DNA of 61,750 nucleotides, filler included. It is 5 parts of 5 records of this genome, joined end to end, with 100 filler letters (N's around TTAATTAATTAA, not from the genome) between each part and the next. Parts side by side here need not be neighbours in the genome. Positions count along the whole stretch, not along the records: positions 16,783 to 25,253 come from SRR31156797_19674; positions 25,354 to 44,242 come from SRR31156797_19681; 3 more parts are not named here. One strand, 5' to 3'. A program made the position numbers and the translations under genes. This document shows, piece after piece, positions 19,374 through 29,101 of the stretch. Position 1 is the first letter of the stretch. The number at the start of each line of letters is the position of its first letter. The notes beneath the pieces are model-generated. The model saw nothing but the letters and a program-made list of their open reading frames with translations, had not been told where the DNA came from and made no database searches.

Positions 19374-20861
19374 ATGGCTTCAGATAGCGTTACGTGTTTT
19401 AAAGCAAGTCTACTGATACCGGTGGTTTTGTGTTTGCTTGTTACGACAAGTTCTGCTGCTTTTTTCACCCTTGTGTGGGATGAAAATGTCGAACCCGTTT
19501 CCGGGTATAGGCTCTATATGCGGGAAAAGCCCTCTGAAGAGTTTAGAAGCTTCTGGGAGGGGCCTCAAAACAGCCATACGGTTGATGATACTGATTTACG
19601 GGCTGATACTGTCTATGTGTATGTTGTGAGAGCGTTTAACGCCTATGGGGAAAGCGGAAATTCCAGCGAGGTTGAATACAAGAAACAAGTTTCCCATGGG
19701 GCGTTAGATGATGATAATGACGGCATGCCGAATGTTTGGGAGATGTCCCATGGATTGAACTCTAAAGACCCGGGGGATGCAGGTCAAGATCCGGATGGTG
19801 ACGGGCTTGACAACCTTGGCGAATTCGAGATGGGGTATGCCCCTTTCTCTGGGGAAGCCGGTCTGGGGCGGGCTGTGATTTTGCAACCTGCAAATGATAT
19901 ATTTTGCATTGAATCTCCAGTGCAACTTATCGCCGATTATGCAAGTGGCGTTTCAAAGGAGATTCATACGCAAACTTTTTGGCAGATTGCTCAAACGTCG
20001 TCGTTTGACAACTTAATTCTGAACATTTTATCCAACAGCTCTCTTATCAAAATATCTGTTCCTGAAATGGTTTTAAAACCCAATTCCACTTATATTGCCA
20101 GGGTGCGATATATCGATCGATTTGCCCAGTCCTATCGATATTGGCCCTGGTCTCAACCGGCTACCTTTAATACCTGTGCCCTGCCGGGTGGCGATGAAAA
20201 TTGGAATCAGATTCCGGACGACCAGGAGCCTGACGATCTACTACCTGGAGAGATGGCCGTGACCCTGGTTGACGACAGTGGTAAGATTTCATTTGACATC
20301 GCTTCCAACGCTAATACCATTGAATCTTTGAAACGCCTCTCCGGAAGCGATATCCCGGCTCAGGATTTGCTTCCGGGTGATCTGGTTTGGGGCATGTTTG
20401 CTTTTAGAGTCATTCTGGAAAATTCCCATCAACCTTTGGTTTTGAATATCCAATGTTCAAAACCGGTTCCCAATAATGCTGCCTGGTATAAATATGATGT
20501 TGTCAATGATTGGCAGGACTACAGTGAATTTGTCACCTTTAGTAAAGATCGAACATCCCTTGCTATTGAGTTAATGGACGGGGGCTTGGGGGATGCCGAC
20601 GGCGTTGCAAATGGGGTGATCGTAGCGTCAACAGGGCCTGTTGTGCTGCTCCCGGGGCATGATTCGAGTGAGCTTGAATTTGGTAGCGACGGTAGTGACG
20701 GTAGTGACGGTAGTGACGGTAGCGGCGGTAGCGGCGGTAGCGGCGGTAGCGGTGGTGGCGGTGGTGGCGGTGGCGGTTGTTTTATCTCTTCAATAAGTTC
20801 CGACGATATAAATCGGAAAGCGCTGGAACTATTTTTTTCATGGTTACGGGAGTTCTTTTGA
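19374..20861 (+). CDS. secreted/surface protein: FN3 domain, Asp-rich Ca-binding repeat, choice-of-anchor-U-like domain, Gly-rich linker and GGGCFI C-terminal motif
   Basis: Signal-like N-terminus; YVVRAFNAYGESGNS (FN3); DDDNDGMP...DPDGDGLDN; DGGLGDADGVANGVI; poly-G-CFI tail. Start uncertain (19350 or 19374). Confidence 0.75.
   Translation: MASDSVTCFKASLLIPVVLCLLVTTSSAAFFTLVWDENVEPVSGYRLYMREKPSEEFRSFWEGPQNSHTVDDTDLRADTVYVYVVRAFNAYGESGNSSEVEYKKQVSHGALDDDNDGMPNVWEMSHGLNSKDPGDAGQDPDGDGLDNLGEFEMGYAPFSGEAGLGRAVILQPANDIFCIESPVQLIADYASGVSKEIHTQTFWQIAQTSSFDNLILNILSNSSLIKISVPEMVLKPNSTYIARVRYIDRFAQSYRYWPWSQPATFNTCALPGGDENWNQIPDDQEPDDLLPGEMAVTLVDDSGKISFDIASNANTIESLKRLSGSDIPAQDLLPGDLVWGMFAFRVILENSHQPLVLNIQCSKPVPNNAAWYKYDVVNDWQDYSEFVTFSKDRTSLAIELMDGGLGDADGVANGVIVASTGPVVLLPGHDSSELEFGSDGSDGSDGSDGSGGSGGSGGSGGGGGGGGGCFISSISSDDINRKALELFFSWLREFF
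20682..20777 (+). repeat. 9-bp coding tandem repeat (GSD/GSG/GGG linker)
   Basis: ggtagcgac, (ggtagtgac)3, (ggtagcggc)3, then ggtggcggt units. Confidence 0.9.
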
Positions 20862-21129
20862 TGACAGGCTGAAGGGGACGTTAATATGAAAAGTGACAAC
20901 GGTTAATTGTACAGACCGTTAATCTCCAGGATTGCATCCCACAGCCGTTCTCCGAAAAAAGTGACCATGTTGGCCTGCAAAAAAACATTCATTCTCCGAT
21001 TCCGAAATCGTAAAAAAGTCAATCTAACGGATCATCCGGTCGGAAACAAGGATAAAGAGGGCGCTGGTCCATAAATTTTCAAGTGCTTTAAAACAATGGC
21101 TGAGTAATCAATCCTGAACATGTTATACC

Positions 21130-21522
21130 CTATTGTATCTTCTCAATGGCCTCCTGGCAGGAGATGCAGCGGACTGCATGGGGAACCACCTGAAGCCGGG
21201 CCGGGCGAATCCAGCGATCGCAATCCAGGCAACGCCCGTATTCTTCCTCCTTGATACGGGCAAGGGCCTGCTGTATTGATTCCACCTCTTCCAGTTTCAG
21301 TTTTATGTAAGAGAGGACTTTGGACTCTTCCAGTTCCGCCAGGGCCTTGTCTGAATCGTCCCGGATGGTCTCCATCAGGTCGTGATATTCCTTTCCGGCA
21401 TTCTCCCTGAGATCCTCTTCGATTGCAAGATATAGCTCCTTCTCCCGTTTCAGGAGACTCTCTTTTATTTTTTCCAGTTCCTGCGCAGTCATACGCCTTC
21501 TGGTTTTCAGATTCCTGGTCAT
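21130..21522 (-). CDS. TraR/DksA C4 zinc-finger protein
   Basis: Coiled coil with DDSDKA (DxxDxA), YGRCLDC...RL...RCISCQ; AGGAG RBS. Confidence 0.88.
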   Translation of the reverse strand: MTRNLKTRRRMTAQELEKIKESLLKREKELYLAIEEDLRENAGKEYHDLMETIRDDSDKALAELEESKVLSYIKLKLEEVESIQQALARIKEEEYGRCLDCDRWIRPARLQVVPHAVRCISCQEAIEKIQ

Positions 21523-21636
21523 GGCTTTCTCCTTTTAGCTTAAATATTTGATACGGCTTTTCCAGAAACAGTTGCTTCTGCTCTTCTATGACTATTCTAA
21601 TACTGTTTTAACCGAAATCCACTCGAACGGTGATTT

Positions 21637-22097
21637 TCAGGTGGAAAAAACCTTTAATTGTTTGGCCAGAAATGAGCTCCGGGCCCCTGAAAACTATTCT
21701 AAAAACGCTCCGGAGTAAGCCTCAAAATGATTGCAATCTGCAACGATCAATTCTCCTTTCGGCAGATTTTCAGACAGCGCGACAACGGCATCCGGGGGAA
21801 TCAACGAATCATATCTCCCTGCCATGACAAGGACCGGGGCGTTTACTTTCCCGGCAAGGGATCAACGATCTGCCGGGGCATGCCGTCGCTTTCCCCAAAG
21901 GTTCTGTAGTCGAATATGAAACCCCCCATGTTTTTCTCAACAAACCGCCTGGCATAGGCTGGAAGCCTGAAGTTTTTCTGCCCGGCCATTCCATGGGCCA
22001 TAATCACGACCGGCGGGGGCTTGACATTTTCCGGCAGGTACAGGTCTGCGTCCCATCGAACCCTTTGGCTTATGAAATCCGACTTTTTGATTATCAT
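21637..22097 (-). pseudogene. alpha/beta-hydrolase pseudogene with internal deletion, frameshift and premature stop
   Basis: N-terminal part DLYLP..VIMAHG..FDYRTFGESDG joins, out of frame, the C-terminal part PVLVMAGRYDSLIP..NHFEAY. The GxSxG core is missing and there is an internal TAG. Confidence 0.8.
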
Positions 22098-22314
22098 TGT
22101 TTTTCCCTCCCGACTTCAGAAATTGACACAATTAGCGGATGTAGGCGGCAACGCTTGATATCAGACGACAGTCTCTCACCATTAAAAGCACTGAATCAAT
22201 AAAAAGATTTCGTTTTACCGAAAAAATTGGAATAATGGCGATGATTTTACCCCATCCGCGACATTGGTATTTTAATTAAGTCAGAACAGCAAAGGAGGGG
22301 AGCATTTACCCTGC

Positions 22315-23841
22315 ATGTTGACCGTAATGTCCATCCTGTCTGCGGCCGGCCTGGCAACGGCTTTTGGCTTCTGGCCCCTGGGCTTTGTGGCCCTGGCCCC
22401 CTTTTTCCTGGCCCTGATGCGCGCCGGGAGTTCATGGCGGCGCCTGGGGCTGGGCATGGTCTTTGGGGCCTTCCATGGGGGCTTCATGGGCCATTGGCTG
22501 ATCCCCACCCTGACCGGCCATTTTGATAAAAGCACAGGCTTCGCGATCCTGTTCCTCCTTCTGGCGGTCTGTGTTCCGGCGGCCCTTCTTTACGGCGGCC
22601 TGGCCCTGTGGATTTCCCTTTTCCGGCACCGGGGATTCCGGTTTTTTCTTCTGACCCTTCCCGCCCTTTGGATTGTGGCCGACCTGGCCAAGGAATGGTT
22701 TCCTTTTTTTATTCCCTGGGGGCTTGCGGGGTATGCGGCGCTTCCGTTTCAACCCTTTGCCCAGGCGGCGGACCTTGGCGGGGTTTACGGCCTTACTTTT
22801 CTCATGGTGGCGGTCAACGCATTGATCGCCTTCCTGTTTTCAGGTTCGGGACGGGCCGGGGCGGGGCAGGGGGGCGGCCTGGAAAGCGGGCGGCAGGCGG
22901 CGGCTGTTTTCTCCATTGTCTTTTTGATTCTTGTTCCCTGCATCTACGGGATGGCGCGGACCGCGGACTTTGAGTCGGCGGGTCCCGGGGACACCTGTTT
23001 TCCGGCCGTGGCCGTCCAAGGCAATTTCACCCCGAAAGACCGGTGGAGCGGCAATGGTTTTCACGGGCGTCTCAAACGGTACCTGGATTTAAGCGGACAA
23101 GGAGAGGGAACGGAGGCCCGGCTCATTGTCTGGCCGGAAACGGTGCTGAACGCTCCCCGGAAAGTGGATTCCCGGCTGCTGGAGGGGATCCGCGCCCGCC
23201 TTTCCGACCGGGATCTTTTGGTGAGCGGCGGTCTCAGGCGGGCCGATTCGGGCCATGGGGTCCACAATTCCGCCTATCTCATTCCCGGCATGGGCAAGCT
23301 GGGGTGGTACGATAAGCGGCGGCTGCTTCCCCATGGAGAGTCGCCGGTCCTGAAACCGGTCCTGGGCCGGTTCGCCAAGTCCCCGGCCCGGTTTGAACCC
23401 GGCACCCGTCCGGCGGTGGTTCCCACCCACCTGGGACCCATGGGGCTGTCCATCTGTTTTGAAGCCCTCTATCCCGAAACCGTGAGGCAGAGCGTGGCAG
23501 GGGGGGCGGGCCTGCTGATCAACCTTTCCAACGATGCCTGGTTCGGGACAGGGGCCATGCCCCGCCTCCACTTGGCGGTCTCGGCCATGCGGGCCATTGA
23601 GAACCGGCGGTTTCTGGTGCGGGCCTCCACCGGGGGCATCTCCGCTGTCATTTCACCCACCGGAGAACTGCTTGCGGCCACAGGGCTTGGTGAATCGGCG
23701 GCCGTCACCCACAAGGTGACCATCCGGAAACAAATCAGTCCCTACACCCGGCTGGGCAACTGGGTGATCCTGGGATCGGTCCTGCTCCTCATGGCGCAGC
23801 TGGCCGGGGACGCCTTTGCCCCGGTCAGCCGCCGGCCCTGA
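22315..23841 (+). CDS. lnt: apolipoprotein N-acyltransferase
   Basis: N-terminal TMs, QAADLGGVYGL, VQGN, WPE / K (YDKRRL) / ICFE triad, SNDAWFG, RAIENRR. Confidence 0.92.
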   Translation: MLTVMSILSAAGLATAFGFWPLGFVALAPFFLALMRAGSSWRRLGLGMVFGAFHGGFMGHWLIPTLTGHFDKSTGFAILFLLLAVCVPAALLYGGLALWISLFRHRGFRFFLLTLPALWIVADLAKEWFPFFIPWGLAGYAALPFQPFAQAADLGGVYGLTFLMVAVNALIAFLFSGSGRAGAGQGGGLESGRQAAAVFSIVFLILVPCIYGMARTADFESAGPGDTCFPAVAVQGNFTPKDRWSGNGFHGRLKRYLDLSGQGEGTEARLIVWPETVLNAPRKVDSRLLEGIRARLSDRDLLVSGGLRRADSGHGVHNSAYLIPGMGKLGWYDKRRLLPHGESPVLKPVLGRFAKSPARFEPGTRPAVVPTHLGPMGLSICFEALYPETVRQSVAGGAGLLINLSNDAWFGTGAMPRLHLAVSAMRAIENRRFLVRASTGGISAVISPTGELLAATGLGESAAVTHKVTIRKQISPYTRLGNWVILGSVLLLMAQLAGDAFAPVSRRP

Positions 23842-24883
23842 GCCGCTCCAACTCCCTGGCCATCACATCACGGCGCCGGCGGGCTTCGGCCCCTTCACCG
23901 AAAAGTTCCTTCCGGAGATCGGAAACGGCGGCCTCCCGCTTTGCCTGGGTCAGATCCGGATCGTTCTGGATGGCGGCAGCACCTTCGGCGTAGGCGGTGT
24001 CCCTTTGCTTCTCTTCCGCCAGGGCACGGTCCATGGCCTCCAGGCGTGAAACGATGTCGGCGGAGAAAAAGGCGCTCCGGAAATCCCGTACCATGGCCTC
24101 TTTTTCCTCCGGGTACATGGATTCCAGGTCCCGTTCATACATGGCCAGTTTTTCCCGGTAGCGGTGATAGGGTTTGGGAACCGTTTCCACCGCATCCGCC
24201 TCCTCTCCCCACATGTCCTGGTTGAGTTCCAGGATGCGGGCCTCCTTCTCAATCCCGTACATTTCCGGATCCGTCACGATGGCCGAGCGCCTCACGACAT
24301 ATTCACGGGATTTGACCTCGGCGCCAAAGAGAAGATCGGCCAGCTCATCCCCCAGGGTATAGCGCCTGAAGGCGTGCATGCGCCGCAAATGGCGGAGCAC
24401 GTCCTCGAGTCCATGGGGCGATGCCCAGGAAGCGGTTTCGGCCGCCAGATCCATCTCGCAGTTCAGGAATCTTTCGTACACCCCATGGAGTGCCCGGGCC
24501 TCCCCGGGGGGCATCATGGAAAGGAGGTACGCCAGAACCTGTTCCAGGTGGGCCGAAAGATCCTTTCCCGTTTCAAAACGCCCCATGAGGTGCCTGAAAA
24601 AACCGATGGTGGTGTAGTCGACCAAAGCCCCCCCGGATGCCGGAGACGCGGCTCCGGCGTCCAATGATTTCCCCCGGGCCGATGCCGTTCGGTCCTTTGG
24701 TGCAGCAGCCTTTGGGATTGCGGGAGAAGAATGCCTGGACCTGGCCTTTTGGACCAGGTCCAGGGTAATGGCCTTGGAATCGGGGATGATATAGCCGTCC
24801 CCGGCGGTTCGTTGCCGGACCAGACCCGCCAGGAGCAGCCCCAGAAAGGCGAGAACCAGCACTTTTTTTAAGGAAATGCGCAT
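23825..24883 (-). CDS. lipase chaperone (lipase-specific foldase, Lif-like)
   Basis: N-terminal anchor, Ala/Pro linker, helical domain ending in LRKELF..EARR; directly downstream of a lipase gene. Confidence 0.7.
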   Translation of the reverse strand: MRISLKKVLVLAFLGLLLAGLVRQRTAGDGYIIPDSKAITLDLVQKARSRHSSPAIPKAAAPKDRTASARGKSLDAGAASPASGGALVDYTTIGFFRHLMGRFETGKDLSAHLEQVLAYLLSMMPPGEARALHGVYERFLNCEMDLAAETASWASPHGLEDVLRHLRRMHAFRRYTLGDELADLLFGAEVKSREYVVRRSAIVTDPEMYGIEKEARILELNQDMWGEEADAVETVPKPYHRYREKLAMYERDLESMYPEEKEAMVRDFRSAFFSADIVSRLEAMDRALAEEKQRDTAYAEGAAAIQNDPDLTQAKREAAVSDLRKELFGEGAEARRRRDVMARELERLRAGG

Positions 24884-24906
24884 CTCGATATGCCTTCCGG
24901 TTTGGT

Positions 24907-25253
24907 TTAATATCCCCAGTCCTTGAGTTCACTCATAAGGTCGATGTAGAAGCCGTCCCGGTCAAAGCCGGGGGTTATCCCAAAGGGCATGCCGACGATG
25001 TTGAGGTGATCACATCCGGCGCTGTACCAGGCCGCATCCTCGACGCCGCGGAATACGCCCCATTTGGCGCTCTCGACACTGACCAGTCCGTCGTTTGCCC
25101 CTTCATAGGCCAGCAGAATGGGCCAGGTGCCCAGGAAATACCAATTCCTGGCATTGACGGCCATGGTCTTGATCTTGGCCGCCCAGCTCTGGTAGTAGAC
25201 GCCTTTCACGTCGGGGGTGTTGGGGTTGAAGGTGTTGACCATGTAGTCCCGGG
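24907..25253 (-). CDS. triacylglycerol lipase / alpha-beta hydrolase, C-terminal part (5' partial)
   Basis: FNPNTPDVKGVYYQSW, NDGLVSVESAKWG (catalytic Asp), DHLNIVG (catalytic His). Confidence 0.8.
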
Positions 25254-25353
25254 NNNNNNNNNNNNNNNNNNNNNNNNNNNNNNNNNNNNNNNNNNNNTTA
25301 ATTAATTAANNNNNNNNNNNNNNNNNNNNNNNNNNNNNNNNNNNNNNNNNNNN
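25254..25353. other. artificial contig spacer
   Basis: N-run + TTAATTAATTAA + N-run. Confidence 0.98.
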
Positions 25354-25354
25354 A

Positions 25355-26398
25355 ATTACTTTTGAAGAAATTCATCGTAATGGCGCCATTGCTTTTGCCA
25401 TTCATAATTACATACGTCATACCGGAGATAAAAAATACCTGGAAGAATATGGACTGGAAGTATTGATTGGTATTTCTCGTTTCTGGAGTCAACGAATTAC
25501 TTTTTCTGAGGCCAGAAAAAAATATGTAATGCTTGGGGTTACCGGCCCTAATGAATACGAAAATAATATCAACAACAATTGGTACACTAATAAAATGGCT
25601 ACCTGGTGTTTAAAATATACCATGGAAGCATTGAACTACGTAAAAGAAAATAATGCTGGCAGTTACAAAAACTTGTTATCTAAATTAAAATTTAACGAGG
25701 AAGAAACTAAACGATGGGCAGACATCGTTGAAAAGATGCATTTCCCTTATAACGAGGAATTACAAGTCTTTATGCAACAGGATGGCTTTATGGATAAGGA
25801 GCAAATAATGGCTGACGATCTAGATCCTGCAGAACGACCAATAAATCAACATTGGTCATGGGATCGTATTTTACGTTCTAACTTTATAAAGCAAGCTGAT
25901 ACGCTTCAAGGATTATATGTATTAGAAGAGGAGTTTAGTACTGAAGTAATAGAACGAAACTTTAATTTTTATGAACCTCGAACAGTTCATGAGTCATCAC
26001 TTTCTCCTTGTGTGCATTCTGTTTTAGCAGCTAAAATCGGAAAAATAGATAAAGCCTATGAAATGTACTTACGCACATCTCGTTTAGATTTGGATGATTA
26101 CAATGCTGAAGTACACGAAGGCCTTCATATTACAAGTATGGCAGGAACCTGGATGTCCATAGTAGAAGGTTTTGGAGGAAAACGTGCTTACGATGAAAAA
26201 CTTTACCTGAACCCGGTTATTCCGGAACAATGGGAAGAATATGCTTTTAAAATCACCTTTAAAGGAAATGATTTAGAAGTACGAGTTAGCGCCAAGGAGG
26301 TTGAAATCATGTCTCATGCAACTAACAAGATAGGACTTTTTGTTTACCAAAAGCCTGTTAATGTTGAACCTGGAAAATCAATTACTATTTCCCGATAG
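25355..26398 (+). CDS. GH65 maltose phosphorylase-like, 5' partial
   Basis: Open from the contig start (ITFEEIHRNGAIA); GVTGPNEYE, KQAD, HESSLS, EGLHITSMAG. Confidence 0.9.
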   Translation: MTFEEIHRNGAIAFAIHNYIRHTGDKKYLEEYGLEVLIGISRFWSQRITFSEARKKYVMLGVTGPNEYENNINNNWYTNKMATWCLKYTMEALNYVKENNAGSYKNLLSKLKFNEEETKRWADIVEKMHFPYNEELQVFMQQDGFMDKEQIMADDLDPAERPINQHWSWDRILRSNFIKQADTLQGLYVLEEEFSTEVIERNFNFYEPRTVHESSLSPCVHSVLAAKIGKIDKAYEMYLRTSRLDLDDYNAEVHEGLHITSMAGTWMSIVEGFGGKRAYDEKLYLNPVIPEQWEEYAFKITFKGNDLEVRVSAKEVEIMSHATNKIGLFVYQKPVNVEPGKSITISR

Positions 26399-26422
26399 TG
26401 TTACGTTTTTAACATTTAGTCT

Positions 26423-26456
26423 AAGCACAATCTTCATTTGTAAGGTTGTGCTTTTT
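26423..26456 (+). terminator. intrinsic terminator
   Basis: AAGCACAATCTT-loop-AAGGTTGTGCTT plus T-run. Confidence 0.7.
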
Positions 26457-26510
26457 ATTTTTAGCTACAATGGTGTTTTTCTCTACCTTTAGTGAATATT
26501 AACCAAGATC

Positions 26511-28340
26511 ATGACGCAAAACAATCCAACTAATACAACAAATCATATTTTCTCCAGGATAGAACCTCCTTTCTGGTGGGTTGACATGCACTCCAACTTG
26601 TTGCAACTGATGATTTATGGTGATGATATTTCATCTTTTCAAATTAAAGTAAGTTCTGACGACGTTACACTTCAGGAAATTAAACAGGTCGAGAATCCCA
26701 ACTATTTATTTGTTAGTTTAAAAATTTCACCTCAATCAACAAGTAAGCATATCCCAATTGAGTTTTATAAAAATGAAAAACTAATTGGTATCCATCAATA
26801 TCCATTACTAACCAGAGAAAAAGACACTCCACTGCGAAAAGGCTTTGACTCTTCTGATGCCATTTACCTTATTATGCCGGATCGTTTTGCAAATGGAAAC
26901 CCAGAGACTGATCAGGTTGAAGGCATGTTGGAACAGGTAAATCGTAAAAAACCTTACGGTAGACATGGTGGTGATTTAAAAGGAATATTAGATCATTTGG
27001 ATTATATACAAAATCTAGGATTCACAGCTATTTGGTTAACTCCTGTATTAGAAAACAATCAACCTAACTCCTCTTATCACGGCTATGCCATCACTGATTT
27101 TTATAAGGTTGATGCGAGATTAGGCAGTAATGAAGATTTCAAAAATTTAACAGAAGAATGCAACAAAAGAGGCATAAAAATGATCATGGATATGGTCTTT
27201 AATCATTGTGGAAACCATCATTGGTGGATGAGTGATTTACCTCAGCAGGACTGGATTAATCATTGGGAAACCTTTACCCGCTCAAACTATCGTTTATCTA
27301 CCATATCAGATCCTTATGTTTCTGAAATAGATAAAAAACAATCGGTTAAAGGCTGGTTTGATACACATATGCCTGACTTGAACCTTGAAAACGAGATGCT
27401 ATTAAACTATTTAATTCAGAATAGCATTTGGTGGATTGAATATGCAGGACTAAAGGGTATTCGAATGGATACCTACCCTTATCCCGATCAACATGGAATG
27501 GCTATTTGGGCTCAACGAATTTTGCAGGAATATCCTTTCTTTAATATTGTTGGAGAAGCTTGGATTAACGATGCTTCTAAACTGTGCTATTGGCAAAAAA
27601 ACTTCCCTAACAAAGATGGATTTAACTCTTATCTGCCCAGCATTATTGACTTCCCAATGCAGGAAGCGATAAAAATGGCCTTTAACGAAGAAGAAGGCTG
27701 GAATACCGGAATGTGCAGATTGTACAATACCTTAGCCGATGATCACCTTTATCCAGACCCTATGAATCTGGTTGTTTTTCCTGACAATCATGATGAGGGC
27801 AGAATTCTTCATGCCTTTCATAATGACATTCGCAAATTAAAAATGGCACTGGCTTACACTGCTACAACCAGAGGTATTCTGCAAATATATTACGGCACTG
27901 AATTATTAATGAACGGTAACTGTTTGGATGGTCATGCTCACATTCGCCTCGATTTTCCTGGCGGATGGTCGGATGATCCTGTTAATGCATTTACATCAAA
28001 AGGCAGAAACAAACAACAGAATGAACTATACAATTTTCTAAAAAGACTTCTCCAATTTCGGAAGAATTCCAATGCCTTAAAATATGGCAAAACCAAACAC
28101 TTTATTCCAGAAAACGATGTATACGTTTACTTCAGATATACAGAAACAGAAGTTGTAATGATTGTTTTAAACAACAACCTAAAAAGAAGAATTAGATTAA
28201 AAACCAAAAGGTTTAAGGAAATTCTGGAGAACTACAACGAAGGAATAAATATTTTAAGTGGTAGAAAAGTTAACTTCGATAATTATTTAAACATCAACGC
28301 AAAAACTACAATGGTAATAGAACTATCAAAAAACGCCTGA
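26511..28340 (+). CDS. GH13 cyclomaltodextrinase/neopullulanase (SusA-like)
   Basis: RIEPPFWW, PDRFANG, GGDLKGI, DMVFNH, GIRMDT, VGEAW, NHD. Confidence 0.92.
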   Translation: MTQNNPTNTTNHIFSRIEPPFWWVDMHSNLLQLMIYGDDISSFQIKVSSDDVTLQEIKQVENPNYLFVSLKISPQSTSKHIPIEFYKNEKLIGIHQYPLLTREKDTPLRKGFDSSDAIYLIMPDRFANGNPETDQVEGMLEQVNRKKPYGRHGGDLKGILDHLDYIQNLGFTAIWLTPVLENNQPNSSYHGYAITDFYKVDARLGSNEDFKNLTEECNKRGIKMIMDMVFNHCGNHHWWMSDLPQQDWINHWETFTRSNYRLSTISDPYVSEIDKKQSVKGWFDTHMPDLNLENEMLLNYLIQNSIWWIEYAGLKGIRMDTYPYPDQHGMAIWAQRILQEYPFFNIVGEAWINDASKLCYWQKNFPNKDGFNSYLPSIIDFPMQEAIKMAFNEEEGWNTGMCRLYNTLADDHLYPDPMNLVVFPDNHDEGRILHAFHNDIRKLKMALAYTATTRGILQIYYGTELLMNGNCLDGHAHIRLDFPGGWSDDPVNAFTSKGRNKQQNELYNFLKRLLQFRKNSNALKYGKTKHFIPENDVYVYFRYTETEVVMIVLNNNLKRRIRLKTKRFKEILENYNEGINILSGRKVNFDNYLNINAKTTMVIELSKNA

Positions 28341-28369
28341 GATAACCCAGACGTTTAGTACAATAGTGT

Positions 28370-28825
28370 TTATTTTATTCCTTTTGCTTTTAATTTTTCT
28401 TCAAATTTTTTGCCTAATTCCATACCCCATTGCTGGCCAACTTGCATCGATTCCTGCATAATTAAAGGCGTATTTTTTGCAAACTTTTTACCCAATGGAG
28501 AATTATAGAATTCAATCATGCCTTCAACATCCTCAAGTGTTAGGTATTTCTTATAAACCGGAATAAGCTTTGTTACCAAATCATCCATTGATACTTTTAG
28601 CATCTCAGCTTCCAATCCGTCCCATGTTTCTGCAGATACCTGCGAATACTGCTGTTTAAACATAGCCATCATCTGTGTAATAGCCGTTTTATAAGCCTCT
28701 TCTGAACCGGAAACTTCAAACATCTTTTTTAATGACTTTGCATAAACTTTATCATCATTCGACTGTGAAAAAGATACAGTAGAAATAAAAATAAGTAGAG
28801 TCAGACTTGTTAAAATTTTCTTCAT
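28370..28825 (-). CDS. DUF2059-like exported protein
   Basis: Signal peptide; YKKYLT..IEFYNSPLGKK..P.IMQESMQVGQQWG. Confidence 0.8.
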   Translation of the reverse strand: MKKILTSLTLLIFISTVSFSQSNDDKVYAKSLKKMFEVSGSEEAYKTAITQMMAMFKQQYSQVSAETWDGLEAEMLKVSMDDLVTKLIPVYKKYLTLEDVEGMIEFYNSPLGKKFAKNTPLIMQESMQVGQQWGMELGKKFEEKLKAKGIK

Positions 28826-29101
28826 TTCAATATGTTTTTATAAAAGTTGTATAACAAATATAAAGGGATTTTTTAAACCTCATCTCACAACAATTAAACA
28901 TTAAAAATCGCCCTCAAAAAACTTCATTCAAGAAAGGTTTCATTTCTATCCCTACGTTTAAACCATTTTTCAGGCTGTTTGTCAAAACTCAATTGACTAT
29001 GATCTATAATTACCGGAAATTAGCCCCTATAAATAATACTTGGTCATATAATGACTCACACATTAGACCTACGTCGATAAACAAATTAAAATTATAGAAA
29101 G

